From IMG/VR virus record IMGVR_UViG_3300017722_003538, positions 29,071 to 93,070 of that record: a stretch of 64,000 nt of DNA; one strand, 5' to 3'. Position numbers and translations under genes: made by a program. Source of the DNA: a virus. Taxonomy: Duplodnaviria; Caudoviricetes. The notes under the pieces are model-generated. The model did no database searches. It was given only the letters and a program-made list of their open reading frames with translations, and was not told where the DNA came from. Shown here in pieces: positions 1 through 11,372 of this stretch; positions within the stretch are counted from its first letter, which is position 1; every line of letters begins with the position of its first letter.

Positions 1-251
1 TTGATACTCACATGGAGGTTAAAAGATTAAATCATGTTACATTTTCATATGACACTACGAATATGCCCGGAATTATTGGACAGCGCTGGACGCTTAAAAA
101 TAATAATGAAAATGTAAATGATATATATTATAGTAATACATGGCTGACATATCTATTCAAATACAAAGGTGATTACACTATTGAATTAGAACTGACCGAC
201 GTTAATGGAAATAAAAACACAATAAATAAAAATATATTAAAAATCATTTAA
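1..251 (+). CDS. 3' end of a virion structural protein with PKD/Ig-like C-terminus (5'-truncated)
   Basis: Frame is open to the left edge (GAT ACT CAC ATG); GDYTIELELTDVNGN resembles a PKD-type beta-sandwich end. Confidence 0.5.
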   Translation, partial: DTHMEVKRLNHVTFSYDTTNMPGIIGQRWTLKNNNENVNDIYYSNTWLTYLFKYKGDYTIELELTDVNGNKNTINKNILKII

Positions 252-252
252 A

Positions 253-819
253 ATGGCGAGTATAACAACAATCCTAGGAACCGACAGTGTTTCTTCATCT
301 AGAATCGTAATCAATAACAATTTTGCAGCTCTTAATCAAGAGTTAGCAGATATTGCTAATTTGCTTAATACGACAAATCAAACTCTTACACTAACCGGAC
401 AAATTCAAGGTGGTACGTTAAAGGTTAATAATGGAACTATTGACACTTTTAAAGTTAATAACGCGGATGCTGATGTAAACGTACCTATTAACTTTAATCA
501 AGACGTTGTTTTAAACAATGGACTAAAGCATTCTGTATACGTTGGAGCCACATCTCTTCCAAGTGCACCAAACTCTTATGTTTATACTACATACGTTTTA
601 ACTGCAACTTCATTTCCAACTCCGGTACTGTTATCAGCAGCGGATCAAGGTCAAGAAATTACATTAATTGCAAATGGTGGTTCAGTAGATATCAATGATA
701 CTAACATAGCGGGAGTTACTACAGATATTGAGATTATAGATCAGGGATCGTTAACACTAAGATATATTGGAAGTGAATTCTTTGTAGTTGCTTCATCTAA
801 TTGCTCTGTAGTATACTAA
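253..819 (+). CDS. Putative virion structural protein (fibre/baseplate-associated)
   Basis: N-terminal SRIVINNNFAALN motif typical of fibre attachment segments; beta-rich; structural gene context. Confidence 0.5.
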   Translation: MASITTILGTDSVSSSRIVINNNFAALNQELADIANLLNTTNQTLTLTGQIQGGTLKVNNGTIDTFKVNNADADVNVPINFNQDVVLNNGLKHSVYVGATSLPSAPNSYVYTTYVLTATSFPTPVLLSAADQGQEITLIANGGSVDINDTNIAGVTTDIEIIDQGSLTLRYIGSEFFVVASSNCSVVY

Positions 820-844
820 TACTAATAAAAACAAAATAGCTTAA

Positions 845-2794
845 ATGGCAACACCATTAATAAGAATACCCCAAGAACAGGGAGGTACATTGTATGCATT
901 TTCAAGTGCTGCTCGAGATTTGACAAGGGCTTATTATAATCCTGACATAAATTTTGAGTACTCTAAGTTTGCTTTAATAGATATTCCAGTAGTATCGGCT
1001 CCTTCGCCAGGTAGTGGAGACAATTTCATTCAGTTTGACAATTTATACGAAGGTGGTATTGTTCCACCTGGAGGTCAGGCTCCATCATATACTCCTGATG
1101 GAAATGCAAATGTTGATTTTGCCCAGACCCTACAGAACTATGCGCTTAATTTTGAAAATTTTATCCTAACAGATGATGACTTCGACAATGCTTTATATTC
1201 TACTGACGCTGAAAAAATATTGTTTAAATGGTTACACCATTTAGGTGCATTTGATGTTAAAGCCGCAAATTCACAACAAGTTGTTAGTGGATATTCTAGA
1301 GCTATTGAAAATGAAGATACTACCGATACTGGTAATAATTATTCTAGAGTTGTAAAATACGTTGGAAATATCGATGTTTCGAATGACAAAAATTATCAAG
1401 GAAACACTTACAATGAAATATTTGTAAACGTTCCATCTTCAGTAGGTTATACTCCTGAAATATTATTTAAGTCAACTCCCTATAATACAACTGCAACGAC
1501 ATACCAGCCAGATACTGAAATAAACGGAAGAAGCGGACAAACACATCCGGATGCCTTTTTAACTTTAGATTCTCTTGCAGATGCTGACAATGGTAAAATT
1601 AATATGGACCCTGTCGACCTATACAACTATGGTATTGAATGGAATACTTCAGTATATGCCAAAATTGCAAATGACCCCCAGTTAAATAACTTTTTAGAGT
1701 ATTCTAAAAGAGGAGGAGACTTTAGGTTTAATGCAATCTTAGTGTACTATGACTTGTATTCAAAATCGAACATTGCTAATAAGTCTACTAATCTATATGG
1801 TATATTAATACTAGACAATTTTAAGGATGACTCTCCAATTACTGGATGGTACATTCCTGAACTTGCCAAATATAAACCAAATGACGTTACAGGTTTAAAT
1901 GGAAATGCTTTTGCACTTAAATTAAATGTAAAATTTAACTCATCTTTAGATAATGTAGGCGTTGAACTAAATATTAACGACTACTCTACGTTTTCGATGG
2001 ATATTTTCTTGGACACAACAACTGCCCTTGAAAATGCTGCTAAACTCTTAGTTGACGCTGGAAATTCATACGCTGCAATTGCGCAAAGATTAGGTGAATT
2101 AGAAAATTTAATGGCGTATAGTACCTCAACCGATTTTTCTCAAAGAATATCTACTTTAGAAACTGCTATTGAAAACGCTTCTTTAAATTATGCGTCTTCA
2201 ACTTCAATACTAGACATGATTACCTCGGTAAACAAGAGGTTAAATCAAGTAATTAGTGGAGTTATTCCTACAGAAATTCAGTATAACACTAACGTGCTTG
2301 GGGCTGGAGATGGAATAAAAATCGACAAGTCAAATCCTAGCATGATTAAAATAGTCAACGACAATAATGGATATACATTAAATTCTGTTTTTGATTATGA
2401 TTTTATAGCGGGAACTGCTGGTTCTTTAATTGCTCTAAGTAATCCATTTAATTTGAATCTTACCGCTTCAAATGGTTTAATTACAAGAATACGACCATTT
2501 GATAATTTAATAAGAATCAATACGAATCAGGGTACAATGACCGGAGACTTGAATATATACCTAGATGACAGTATTAATTCTTGGAAAAACGGACAAACTG
2601 TTAAGTTTTCTTTTAAAAATTCGATTCCAAATCTAAACAATACTTACAAAATAAATATATACACAGATAAAAATAACGGATATGTTTTAAAGGCTTTTAT
2701 AGATAGCAGTAATATCTTAAGTCAAAAACCTTACTTTGAATTAATATGTGTCGACGAAATAAACAAGACATTTGAACTTGAAATAATAAGATAA
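845..2794 (+). CDS. Putative baseplate/tail structural protein
   Basis: 649 aa ORF tightly coupled to neighbours; short coiled coil; context only. Confidence 0.45.
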   Translation: MATPLIRIPQEQGGTLYAFSSAARDLTRAYYNPDINFEYSKFALIDIPVVSAPSPGSGDNFIQFDNLYEGGIVPPGGQAPSYTPDGNANVDFAQTLQNYALNFENFILTDDDFDNALYSTDAEKILFKWLHHLGAFDVKAANSQQVVSGYSRAIENEDTTDTGNNYSRVVKYVGNIDVSNDKNYQGNTYNEIFVNVPSSVGYTPEILFKSTPYNTTATTYQPDTEINGRSGQTHPDAFLTLDSLADADNGKINMDPVDLYNYGIEWNTSVYAKIANDPQLNNFLEYSKRGGDFRFNAILVYYDLYSKSNIANKSTNLYGILILDNFKDDSPITGWYIPELAKYKPNDVTGLNGNAFALKLNVKFNSSLDNVGVELNINDYSTFSMDIFLDTTTALENAAKLLVDAGNSYAAIAQRLGELENLMAYSTSTDFSQRISTLETAIENASLNYASSTSILDMITSVNKRLNQVISGVIPTEIQYNTNVLGAGDGIKIDKSNPSMIKIVNDNNGYTLNSVFDYDFIAGTAGSLIALSNPFNLNLTASNGLITRIRPFDNLIRINTNQGTMTGDLNIYLDDSINSWKNGQTVKFSFKNSIPNLNNTYKINIYTDKNNGYVLKAFIDSSNILSQKPYFELICVDEINKTFELEIIR

Positions 2795-2795
2795 T

Positions 2796-5700
2796 ATGAG
2801 CGCTAGCAATTCAATATCACAATTACTTGAACAGTTTCTTGAGTTAAATACTAACTCGCTAGAAACATTTGTAAGAATTAATGAAGCTATCACTACCGAC
2901 AAGGAAACTGTTAGTATTGACCTTTTTAATAGTAAAACAAACAAGATGGAAACTATTCAAATACCTGCCTTTGGGTACTTGAAGAGAGAAATCGATCGTT
3001 TGAATAGTAATGTGAGCTCAATTAGTGGACTTGAAGGTTCGAATGCAAACGTAAGATTAAAAGACGGTACTTTTAGAACTATTCATACTTCAAGATTAAA
3101 AGGACCATCTCCTTCTATCACGTCACTTGCATCTCCTACCCAGTTTTCAACCAAGTTAAATGACTTTTTTGAAAACTTTTTAAATCCATTACTTACAATC
3201 AATTTAGATGTAAGTAACCAAATCCCTGTAGAAACAGAAAAGGTATATGTTGAAAGATATATTTTTAATGAAAATGACCTAGCTTCAATTACAGCATTTG
3301 ATGAACTTTACAGAGGAGGTAGTGAAATTGTTTATTCAGATTTTAAAAATCAGTTAACAGTTAATAACTTTGTCTACTATTTAGATTCTCAAGTTATTGA
3401 TATGCCAATTAGAACAATTCAGTACACCGGATTTTTTGATGTGGTTCGAATTGATAATGCTCAAAAGACAGTTGTTATTGATGGAACAACTCAAACAAAA
3501 ACTGTTAAATTATTTACGCTTAATAAGTTGACTTTTACCGATTCAACTAAAGCCCTAAAAGAAACTGAAACATTAAAAACTGGAGATTCTCTTATTGTTA
3601 ACTCTGGTAATTATAGAACAAGATACAGAATTCTTTCTATTGATGCTTCTACTTCACAAGTAGAGTTGCTATTACTTGAAGGTTCTGAGTCTATTAAGAT
3701 TGGAATCGATTCACTTGGAATTTATAAAGATGTTGATACTGATTTGAATATAGAAATCAATGTTGCATTTAATGAAAGACAGGTTATCTTTGTTAAACCA
3801 ATCGACCCTGTTTCAAAAATACCTGCTGAGAATTTTTCACCAGGAGTTGGATTCTATTCTAATAGTTTAGAAATGAACGACGTGTCTGGTAATAGAATGA
3901 CGCTAGCAGAATATTACAAAAATGAGGTTGCAGATTTTGGACAATTCCTTAAATCACTAAAGGTAGATTACATTCCACCTGCGGCATCTGGAATTAAGCC
4001 AACACCACCTGTTATTAATGTTGAAAACTTTAAAGTTGTTCAAATTAATAAGCACTTAACTGACAATACAACAACCGATAAAATTAAACAATTAAAGGCT
4101 GATAAATCATCGACAGAGCAGTCATTAAAACAGCTTGACGAATCGATTAAACAGAAAAAATCTTTAATTAATACAAAGAAATTTACTTCTCAGGCTGAGA
4201 GTGATACTAGTAAAAATGAATTAAATGCGCTTGTTTCTCAAAGAGATTCTGAATCAAAACTTTTTTCATCTGTAGTTAGCGAAATTAAATCTTCAGCGGA
4301 ATCTGCAGATTTACAAACAGCCGCTCCAAAATATAAAGTTAGAGGATTCTGGTCAGTTCCAGAGCCGAAAACAGTTGGAAACCAAGTATCACAAGAGGTT
4401 GTACAATTTAAAATTAGATACCGATACGTTTCTACTTCAGGAAAAACTTCAAATGTCGATCAATTAAAATTTATCGATGCAACAAACCAAACTGAAAAAA
4501 CAGCTGCTTTTTCAAATTGGGTAGAAGTTCTTGGACCTGTTAGAAAGAGAGCAATGGATGCCAAAGGAAAGTATGGTTGGATTCTTGAAAGCGAAGAGGA
4601 TGCTAATGCAGTAAACTTTAACTCTTTTGATATATCAATTAACCCTGGAGAGGTTGTCGAATTTATGATTAAATCAATTTCAGAAGCTGGATTCCCTGCG
4701 AATCCTCTAGAATCTGATTGGTCAGAAATTCAAAGAATAGAATTTCCACAAGGTGAAATTAATACCGACAGTTTAGGAAATGTTATTAAAGCAAATGAAC
4801 TTGACCTATTAAAAGTACAAATTCAACAGGACTTAGAATCAGCAGGCGTATTTAAACACGTTGGAGAATCTTTTACAGTTGGAAGTCAAACATTTGCCCA
4901 TAGTGCAAACACAATCGCTTCTGGATTTATTACTGACAATCAAGCGCCGATCACCGTATATGAAAAGTTATTGGCTCTTCAAAACGAGGTCTTGAGCTTA
5001 AGAGCGGTTATTGAAAAAACATCTGGTGAGTTACTTGTAAGAATTATTGATGAAAATGGAAACGTTACACCAGTAACAAACAATTCAACTGTACAGTTGT
5101 TTGCGGGTTACTATACTCAAGAAATACCAGCAGTTAATGGAAAAGGTGCAATCGTTACTAAAAACTTTAAAGTTGAATTATCAAATACTAAAGCGACTGA
5201 CCTCGAGTTAATATCCCGAATCGTAGGAGACATTACTCAACCTGCACCCGTTTCTACAGTAAATAACAGGTTTGGTCTTGGAACTGGTACAATAGATTCT
5301 GTTTACAATAGCGATTATTATACTAAAGAAGCCCGATATGATTTGGTTCCGGTAGTTTATCAAAATGTTAGCAACGCTACCGCTCAAGACTATTTTAACA
5401 ACGCGCCAGATCAGTCTTCTCAGCTAAAGGGACAATTTATATACTCTAGATTCAAAAATATTGCAAATGACGATAATCTATATGTAATCAATGAAGGTAC
5501 TTTAAGTGATGGTAATATTAATAACATATCGGCTTCGGCGGATCTTGGTATAAATAGTGCTTATGATTTATATGAATATGGAATCTCATATAAGTTTGGT
5601 GCGCTTGGAGCACCAAATACACCATCTATAGTTCCACCAAGTGGGAATGGATTTAAGAATTTCTCAAACAATATTGGAATCCCGTTTGCTACAGCGGCAG

Positions 5701-6548
5701 CTAGTCCAAACAACTTTATTTGGTCTGGTGGTTTTGCAGCTGGAGTTCCTGCCAAAGTTGCAATCGGAGTTGGAACAATAACAAATACAGAATATTCAAA
5801 TGGTATTTATTTACACGTAGACCATCCACTTTTGCAAACAATTAATGATACTGTTGTTATCGCCGGAATTCCTACTAATGTTCCAGGTACTGCTTTAAAA
5901 TATATTGCAAGTAATGGATTGGTTGGAATACCTAAAACTGCGACCTTAAGAGCGAACGATTTACATGGTAAAAAACAAACTCCACTCAGGTTAATAGATA
6001 CTATAAGTACTAATACACCTACTCCAAATACTCCAGGTATAAGAGGAACTGGTAAGGCAGGATTCTCTCCTGAAGACCAATATTTATTAGGAGGTCGATC
6101 ATGTGGTTCTTTCCTTTATATTTCTCCACTAAATACTACTTCATTGGTCGTAGATGCTTCTAATAAGAGTGGTAAAAAATTAATTCCAGGAGGAAGTGCA
6201 AATGCGATATCGATTGACTTAGTGTTTCAATATCGTATGACTGATTATTACGGACCTAAAGCTACCGGAACTGGTAGGATAGGAGGAATCTTAGATAATA
6301 CTTTTACAAATTTAAGTTATGCTAAAAAGATTGGTATTGATATAATCGATTTTGGAAGTAATGATTTTAAATTTGATGTTGAAGTAACTGCTAAATATGC
6401 TGCAGAAGGTAGAAATATTAACAATGTAACTAGTACAATGTTAACAAATTACCAAAACAATTATCAACCAGGATTTAGAGGAAGACGTAGATTTTTATCT
6501 TCAAGTTTCTTAAATCTTTCTTTCCCAGATATTAATCAGTACTACTAG
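2796..6548 (+). CDS. Large putative baseplate/tail structural protein with central coiled coil
   Basis: 1250 aa; coiled coil (KIKQLKADKSSTEQSLKQLDESIKQKK) followed by an FN3-like segment; ends in TAG. Confidence 0.5.
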   Translation: MSASNSISQLLEQFLELNTNSLETFVRINEAITTDKETVSIDLFNSKTNKMETIQIPAFGYLKREIDRLNSNVSSISGLEGSNANVRLKDGTFRTIHTSRLKGPSPSITSLASPTQFSTKLNDFFENFLNPLLTINLDVSNQIPVETEKVYVERYIFNENDLASITAFDELYRGGSEIVYSDFKNQLTVNNFVYYLDSQVIDMPIRTIQYTGFFDVVRIDNAQKTVVIDGTTQTKTVKLFTLNKLTFTDSTKALKETETLKTGDSLIVNSGNYRTRYRILSIDASTSQVELLLLEGSESIKIGIDSLGIYKDVDTDLNIEINVAFNERQVIFVKPIDPVSKIPAENFSPGVGFYSNSLEMNDVSGNRMTLAEYYKNEVADFGQFLKSLKVDYIPPAASGIKPTPPVINVENFKVVQINKHLTDNTTTDKIKQLKADKSSTEQSLKQLDESIKQKKSLINTKKFTSQAESDTSKNELNALVSQRDSESKLFSSVVSEIKSSAESADLQTAAPKYKVRGFWSVPEPKTVGNQVSQEVVQFKIRYRYVSTSGKTSNVDQLKFIDATNQTEKTAAFSNWVEVLGPVRKRAMDAKGKYGWILESEEDANAVNFNSFDISINPGEVVEFMIKSISEAGFPANPLESDWSEIQRIEFPQGEINTDSLGNVIKANELDLLKVQIQQDLESAGVFKHVGESFTVGSQTFAHSANTIASGFITDNQAPITVYEKLLALQNEVLSLRAVIEKTSGELLVRIIDENGNVTPVTNNSTVQLFAGYYTQEIPAVNGKGAIVTKNFKVELSNTKATDLELISRIVGDITQPAPVSTVNNRFGLGTGTIDSVYNSDYYTKEARYDLVPVVYQNVSNATAQDYFNNAPDQSSQLKGQFIYSRFKNIANDDNLYVINEGTLSDGNINNISASADLGINSAYDLYEYGISYKFGALGAPNTPSIVPPSGNGFKNFSNNIGIPFATAAASPNNFIWSGGFAAGVPAKVAIGVGTITNTEYSNGIYLHVDHPLLQTINDTVVIAGIPTNVPGTALKYIASNGLVGIPKTATLRANDLHGKKQTPLRLIDTISTNTPTPNTPGIRGTGKAGFSPEDQYLLGGRSCGSFLYISPLNTTSLVVDASNKSGKKLIPGGSANAISIDLVFQYRMTDYYGPKATGTGRIGGILDNTFTNLSYAKKIGIDIIDFGSNDFKFDVEVTAKYAAEGRNINNVTSTMLTNYQNNYQPGFRGRRRFLSSSFLNLSFPDINQYY

Positions 6549-6581
6549 GAACCCTACCTCTTATATTGTTCCATAATCTGG

Positions 6582-6598
6582 GATATATAATATAAATA
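6582..6598 (+). promoter_or_regulatory. Putative late promoter GATATATAA plus TATAAATA
   Basis: GATATATAA recurs upstream of transcription units; TATAAATA is the T4 late consensus. Confidence 0.6.
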
Positions 6599-6614
6599 AA
6601 AAGAGGTGTCCTAA

Positions 6615-9600
6615 ATGGCTATAATTAACGAAAGCGCTGTAAACAATTCAATAGATAATAAATCTTTTGCCTTATTAAGAACAAATCCAAAGTTAACAAG
6701 TAATATAAAGTTACTTGTTAACTCAAAGGGTGACCTGTTTTTAAGTTCTTTTAGGGCAAATAAAGAACTTTCTAAAATTGAGTATCAAAAATACGATGTT
6801 AAATCTTCAGGAATATATTCTATTGACATTGCAAATTTTTATAAACAACTTCCACTAACACAAAGATACGAAACTCTTAGAGCCTCTTCAGACGTTACCC
6901 TATTTTCTGATTATGAATTTCAATATGAGGATCAGTATCAGTATGGAGCCATTCAAAACGTTACCAAATTATATGATGAGCAATATAAAATATTTGCTCC
7001 AATTTGGCTTGAAAAAAATGTACCAACTAAATTCATAGTTTACAGAATTGAAGACGTTGATTTCAAGACCGACTATACTGAAGATACAGTTGGACAAAAT
7101 TCTAGGATTTTAGAACTTCTTAAAAATGCAACAATAATTAAGACGTTTGATTTAGGTAAATTTTCAAAAATTGGAGAGTACTTAAATACACATGTTAACG
7201 ATAAAAGATTTCCAAACTCATTAATTACAGTAAATTTTAAAGAGGGTTCACAGTCAACTTTTAATGGTATTGACTGTGCTAATGGTGGATTTGTTACAAG
7301 AACAGAACAGTTAGACAAAGATTATATTCAAATTGATTATCCAGAAATTTTTAGCAACGAAACTATTACAAACGGATTTGAAAGAAATGGTATTGTCTCT
7401 GCTAATATAGTTAATTTAGAATTCTTATTTGATGATTATACGGCAGAGAACTATAAAATTTATAGATACTTTGGTATTTATGCAGATGATATTGATGAAG
7501 GAAACTTTGGATCTGTTGGACTTGATAATAGTGGAAATTTGAGTATTGAATATAATAGTTATAGAACCCTTTATGACCTATCACAATCTACAACACCACT
7601 AGTTGACATCAATATGTTTCCTGGAACTGACCAATTTCAAATTCCAACACTACAATATCTTAAAGACAAATCTGGTAATTTTTGTAATGTTAAAAATACA
7701 TCTACTAAATTAATTGACGCCGGAGACCCTTTATTAAATATACCGGAAATATGGTCTTACAAGTTTTTGATATCACCAAATAGTAATTCTGCCGAATCTT
7801 TTATTGGATTTGCAAAAAATGGTAAAAAAATAACGGCAGATTTAAGAAACCCAAGTCCTAAAGGATTTCTTAAAGTTACCGTAAAGGATGTTCCAAGTGC
7901 TAATGATAGAATATTTATCGGAGACCGGACAGAACTTCAAATTTCGCAATACAATCTAGGAGACTATTTAGTTATTGCAGACCCTTCTTTACCCGCTGCA
8001 AGGGCAGATGGTAATAGGTTTTCAAATCTGGGAAGTTTGCAACAAATAGCAATTGCTCTTGCATCTGCTATTAATAATGGAGAAATCATAACGTATAAAA
8101 CAAAGGTTGTAGATACTTCGATAATTATCGAAGAGATTGTTAATGGAAATAAGAGAAGACAAACTGCTTTTGGAATATTTAACGCAAATTTAGTCGATTG
8201 GATCGAAGTTTCTAATGGTGAATTTAATGACATTGGCTTAAATAGTGTTGATGGAAAAATTAACGTTAGTATTGTTGGAGCATGTTCTATATTAGGAGGT
8301 ATTTGGAAAGAAACAGGAATGTATAATGGCAAAAAAGAATACTCTAAACTAACACAACCATCTAGAAAAATTTCATACGATGGAAATAAATGGGTCTTAT
8401 GGGACGGTCCATTAACTCCTAAATATTTTGAAAATTTAACAGTTCCACTTGATACTAATCCCCCAACAACAGGCTGGGCTGGTGTTACATGTGTAGGAGC
8501 TTCGATGTCCCTATCTTTTATAGTTAATAATTTTGTAAACAATTGGAACATTTGGACTACAATCGCTGGATCAGTCGAAGGCCAATCTATTCTTGTTAAA
8601 TCTTCAGAAATTGGAAATGTACAGGTTGGAGAATATTTAAAACAAAAAGATTCTGACTACTTTGTTAGAATTATAGAAATTGACCAAGACCCGTTTGACA
8701 CAGATTATTATAGAGTTATTTTAGATAGACCTACAAAACTTTCAAATGACAAAGTATTTGAAGTTTACAATGAATATAAAACGGTTCACGGTAGATTTGC
8801 AGCTTATGACTTTAAAGATTTTGATTTTGATTTTTACTCTACTAGAAATTCAAATTTAGGAGACCTTGTTTATGATAAAAAATTAGACAATACTGACGTA
8901 GATGCTCAATCGTTTTATTCAGGTCTTAGAGATATTTTATCCGGTGAAACTTCAAAGGCAGTTGTTAAAACTGAACTATTAAATGAATATGACCGTCTTA
9001 AAGAAAATAGTCTTAAAGAAACTTCTCTTTTAAGTAGAGTGGTTCCTACTATCTGTAAATATGAACTTAAAAATTCATCTAACGCTAGAAATTTACCTTA
9101 TGTTTTAAATGTGAATGAGGCATTTGGAGATGACAATTTATCGCCGAACATAGAATTAGATTCAACTAGAAATATTGAATTCTTAAACATGGAGCACTTT
9201 CATATAAATAAGATTCCAGTTAATGTATTAGGAGTAAGAAGAGACTTAAATAATTATTTAGATTTTGCAAATGATGGAGGGTTAACCGTTTACAAGTTAA
9301 AAAGAACTGATTTTAATTTCTTTGATAAACATTTTAATTGGACCGGATATTTTGACCCGTACACATTGTCTGGTGCAGTATCTGGAAAATGGCACGATAA
9401 CTCTTTTAAAAGATTATGGTCTAAATTTGATAGTGGTAATTTTGAAAAAAATTCATCAACTGTTTTCAGAGGTCTTCGATATGTGTTCCAAAAAAGAAAA
9501 GAACTTATTAATGAAATTCCAACCGAATTTTTAAAAGGAATAGACATTAGTGATTATAAGTTCGGTGCGTATCTTTCTTATAATACAAATGATAGTATTA

Positions 9601-11369
9601 AATCAAATTCAATAGTGTTTAACTGCATTAAAAATGACAAGTTTAAATTTATTTGTGTTAATGTTGAGTTAAATGTAGTTGAAAATGATATAGGAGAAGA
9701 TGAATTGTCTAGATACCTTTTATACACATTGACTGATTTAACATTAGGTTTAAATGGTGATGGGACTCCTAACGTTATAGATACTATAATTCCATTTCGT
9801 ATTGATTTTGTTGGAGCAGCTAATGCCGCAGATGCAGTCAATCCGGATGAACCTTTTACTATTAACGCTTCAACTTTAAATGCAGTAGGAACTGCTAAAT
9901 TTACAGATTTTGTTAAAAGAGATTCTCTTGGAGAATATTCTTGGATACATTTTTCTCTTTCTGCAGTAACATATGCCGTAAAAGTCGTCGATGTTATTGA
10001 TGACACTTCAATACTTGTGAGTGGATGGCCCTATGAGTATGATACGGTAAGCAATCTCCCTCTTGTGGGTAGATTATCCCCAGGTTCAATGGCATTAGTT
10101 GCTGAAACTGGACCTTTCTATTATGCACTGGGAGGTGCCAATGAATTTGCAAACTTATTGGATTCAATAAGTGCATATAGATATTCTAAAAGATTTAATT
10201 CATTTGGACAGGTAAATTACATTACAGTTGCTGAAGACGGAACAGAATCAAAGAATGACTATGTTCTTTCTATAGAATCAGGTGTTGATGTTGTTAAACC
10301 CTCTATTGTTCAGCCTGCTGCGGACCCAGAAAGACCAAAAGCATATAGATTATCTTCAAATCAAATCGGAAACGTTATAGAAGACAGAGAAGACGGTGGA
10401 TATGCTACTATTTTGAGAAGAATGAATGGAGACTATAACCCAATTTTTAATAACATTGTAACATTTTCCGATATTAATTCAGATAAAAAATTATTGTTAA
10501 ATTCGGCAGATCCTGCATTAGTAACATATAATCAATTAAACGGTAGGGGAATCGCATTTGATTCTTTTAAAGAAAATACAAACAACTATGGTTTTATTAA
10601 TAACTATTTTTATCATAAAGTTAATGAACAAGACTCGAAAAACATATTAAAACTTTCGCAGACAACTGATAAATTACCATTGTACCCTTTAATTGGTGAG
10701 ATAGCAATCGATAAAAAGGACATTAATGTTTTTAAATCTAAGTATTCAAAGGACTATTTTACAAGAGCCCTAAGTGCTGGAGAATCTGAAACAACAAATG
10801 GAACCCTAAGTCCAGTAGAAAAGAAAACTTTTATGACATCAACAATCATGAAGGTCCGAGATACGTATGACATAACGAAGTTTGATAGTACTCAAGAGGC
10901 TTCAATTGAAGCACTTGATAAAATAAGATTTGCACAGTCTAATAAAACAGCGATACATTGGATCGATGAAGATTCTCAGATTATTGCAGATTTTTATTTA
11001 CCAACGGCAATACTAAATGAATTAGTTGAAGATGGAATTGAACAAAAATTTAGAACATACGTTAATCCTTCTACATCTTATGGAGACAAATCATCCTTAA
11101 AAGATGACCTTCAAATATATTCAAAAGCAAATATATCTCCTCGTTTTATTATTGACGCTATTAAAATCTACGGAATTGAAGGCAAAGGGTTAGAAACTGG
11201 TTTTGTATCAGTTACCGAAACTTCTCAATTAACCGCTGATAATTATAGAGAGGTAACTAATTTTAACATTCAAAGTTATCAAAATGATGGTTTGAGTTTT
11301 AGACTAATATATAATAAACAGGGTAAATACTCATACAACTTTAAAGTACACGTTAAAATACAAGCATAA
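6615..11369 (+). CDS. Very large putative virion structural protein (baseplate wedge-like)
   Basis: 1584 aa; follows a late-promoter motif; directly upstream of fibre genes. Confidence 0.5.
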   Translation: MAIINESAVNNSIDNKSFALLRTNPKLTSNIKLLVNSKGDLFLSSFRANKELSKIEYQKYDVKSSGIYSIDIANFYKQLPLTQRYETLRASSDVTLFSDYEFQYEDQYQYGAIQNVTKLYDEQYKIFAPIWLEKNVPTKFIVYRIEDVDFKTDYTEDTVGQNSRILELLKNATIIKTFDLGKFSKIGEYLNTHVNDKRFPNSLITVNFKEGSQSTFNGIDCANGGFVTRTEQLDKDYIQIDYPEIFSNETITNGFERNGIVSANIVNLEFLFDDYTAENYKIYRYFGIYADDIDEGNFGSVGLDNSGNLSIEYNSYRTLYDLSQSTTPLVDINMFPGTDQFQIPTLQYLKDKSGNFCNVKNTSTKLIDAGDPLLNIPEIWSYKFLISPNSNSAESFIGFAKNGKKITADLRNPSPKGFLKVTVKDVPSANDRIFIGDRTELQISQYNLGDYLVIADPSLPAARADGNRFSNLGSLQQIAIALASAINNGEIITYKTKVVDTSIIIEEIVNGNKRRQTAFGIFNANLVDWIEVSNGEFNDIGLNSVDGKINVSIVGACSILGGIWKETGMYNGKKEYSKLTQPSRKISYDGNKWVLWDGPLTPKYFENLTVPLDTNPPTTGWAGVTCVGASMSLSFIVNNFVNNWNIWTTIAGSVEGQSILVKSSEIGNVQVGEYLKQKDSDYFVRIIEIDQDPFDTDYYRVILDRPTKLSNDKVFEVYNEYKTVHGRFAAYDFKDFDFDFYSTRNSNLGDLVYDKKLDNTDVDAQSFYSGLRDILSGETSKAVVKTELLNEYDRLKENSLKETSLLSRVVPTICKYELKNSSNARNLPYVLNVNEAFGDDNLSPNIELDSTRNIEFLNMEHFHINKIPVNVLGVRRDLNNYLDFANDGGLTVYKLKRTDFNFFDKHFNWTGYFDPYTLSGAVSGKWHDNSFKRLWSKFDSGNFEKNSSTVFRGLRYVFQKRKELINEIPTEFLKGIDISDYKFGAYLSYNTNDSIKSNSIVFNCIKNDKFKFICVNVELNVVENDIGEDELSRYLLYTLTDLTLGLNGDGTPNVIDTIIPFRIDFVGAANAADAVNPDEPFTINASTLNAVGTAKFTDFVKRDSLGEYSWIHFSLSAVTYAVKVVDVIDDTSILVSGWPYEYDTVSNLPLVGRLSPGSMALVAETGPFYYALGGANEFANLLDSISAYRYSKRFNSFGQVNYITVAEDGTESKNDYVLSIESGVDVVKPSIVQPAADPERPKAYRLSSNQIGNVIEDREDGGYATILRRMNGDYNPIFNNIVTFSDINSDKKLLLNSADPALVTYNQLNGRGIAFDSFKENTNNYGFINNYFYHKVNEQDSKNILKLSQTTDKLPLYPLIGEIAIDKKDINVFKSKYSKDYFTRALSAGESETTNGTLSPVEKKTFMTSTIMKVRDTYDITKFDSTQEASIEALDKIRFAQSNKTAIHWIDEDSQIIADFYLPTAILNELVEDGIEQKFRTYVNPSTSYGDKSSLKDDLQIYSKANISPRFIIDAIKIYGIEGKGLETGFVSVTETSQLTADNYREVTNFNIQSYQNDGLSFRLIYNKQGKYSYNFKVHVKIQA

Positions 11370-11372
11370 TTA

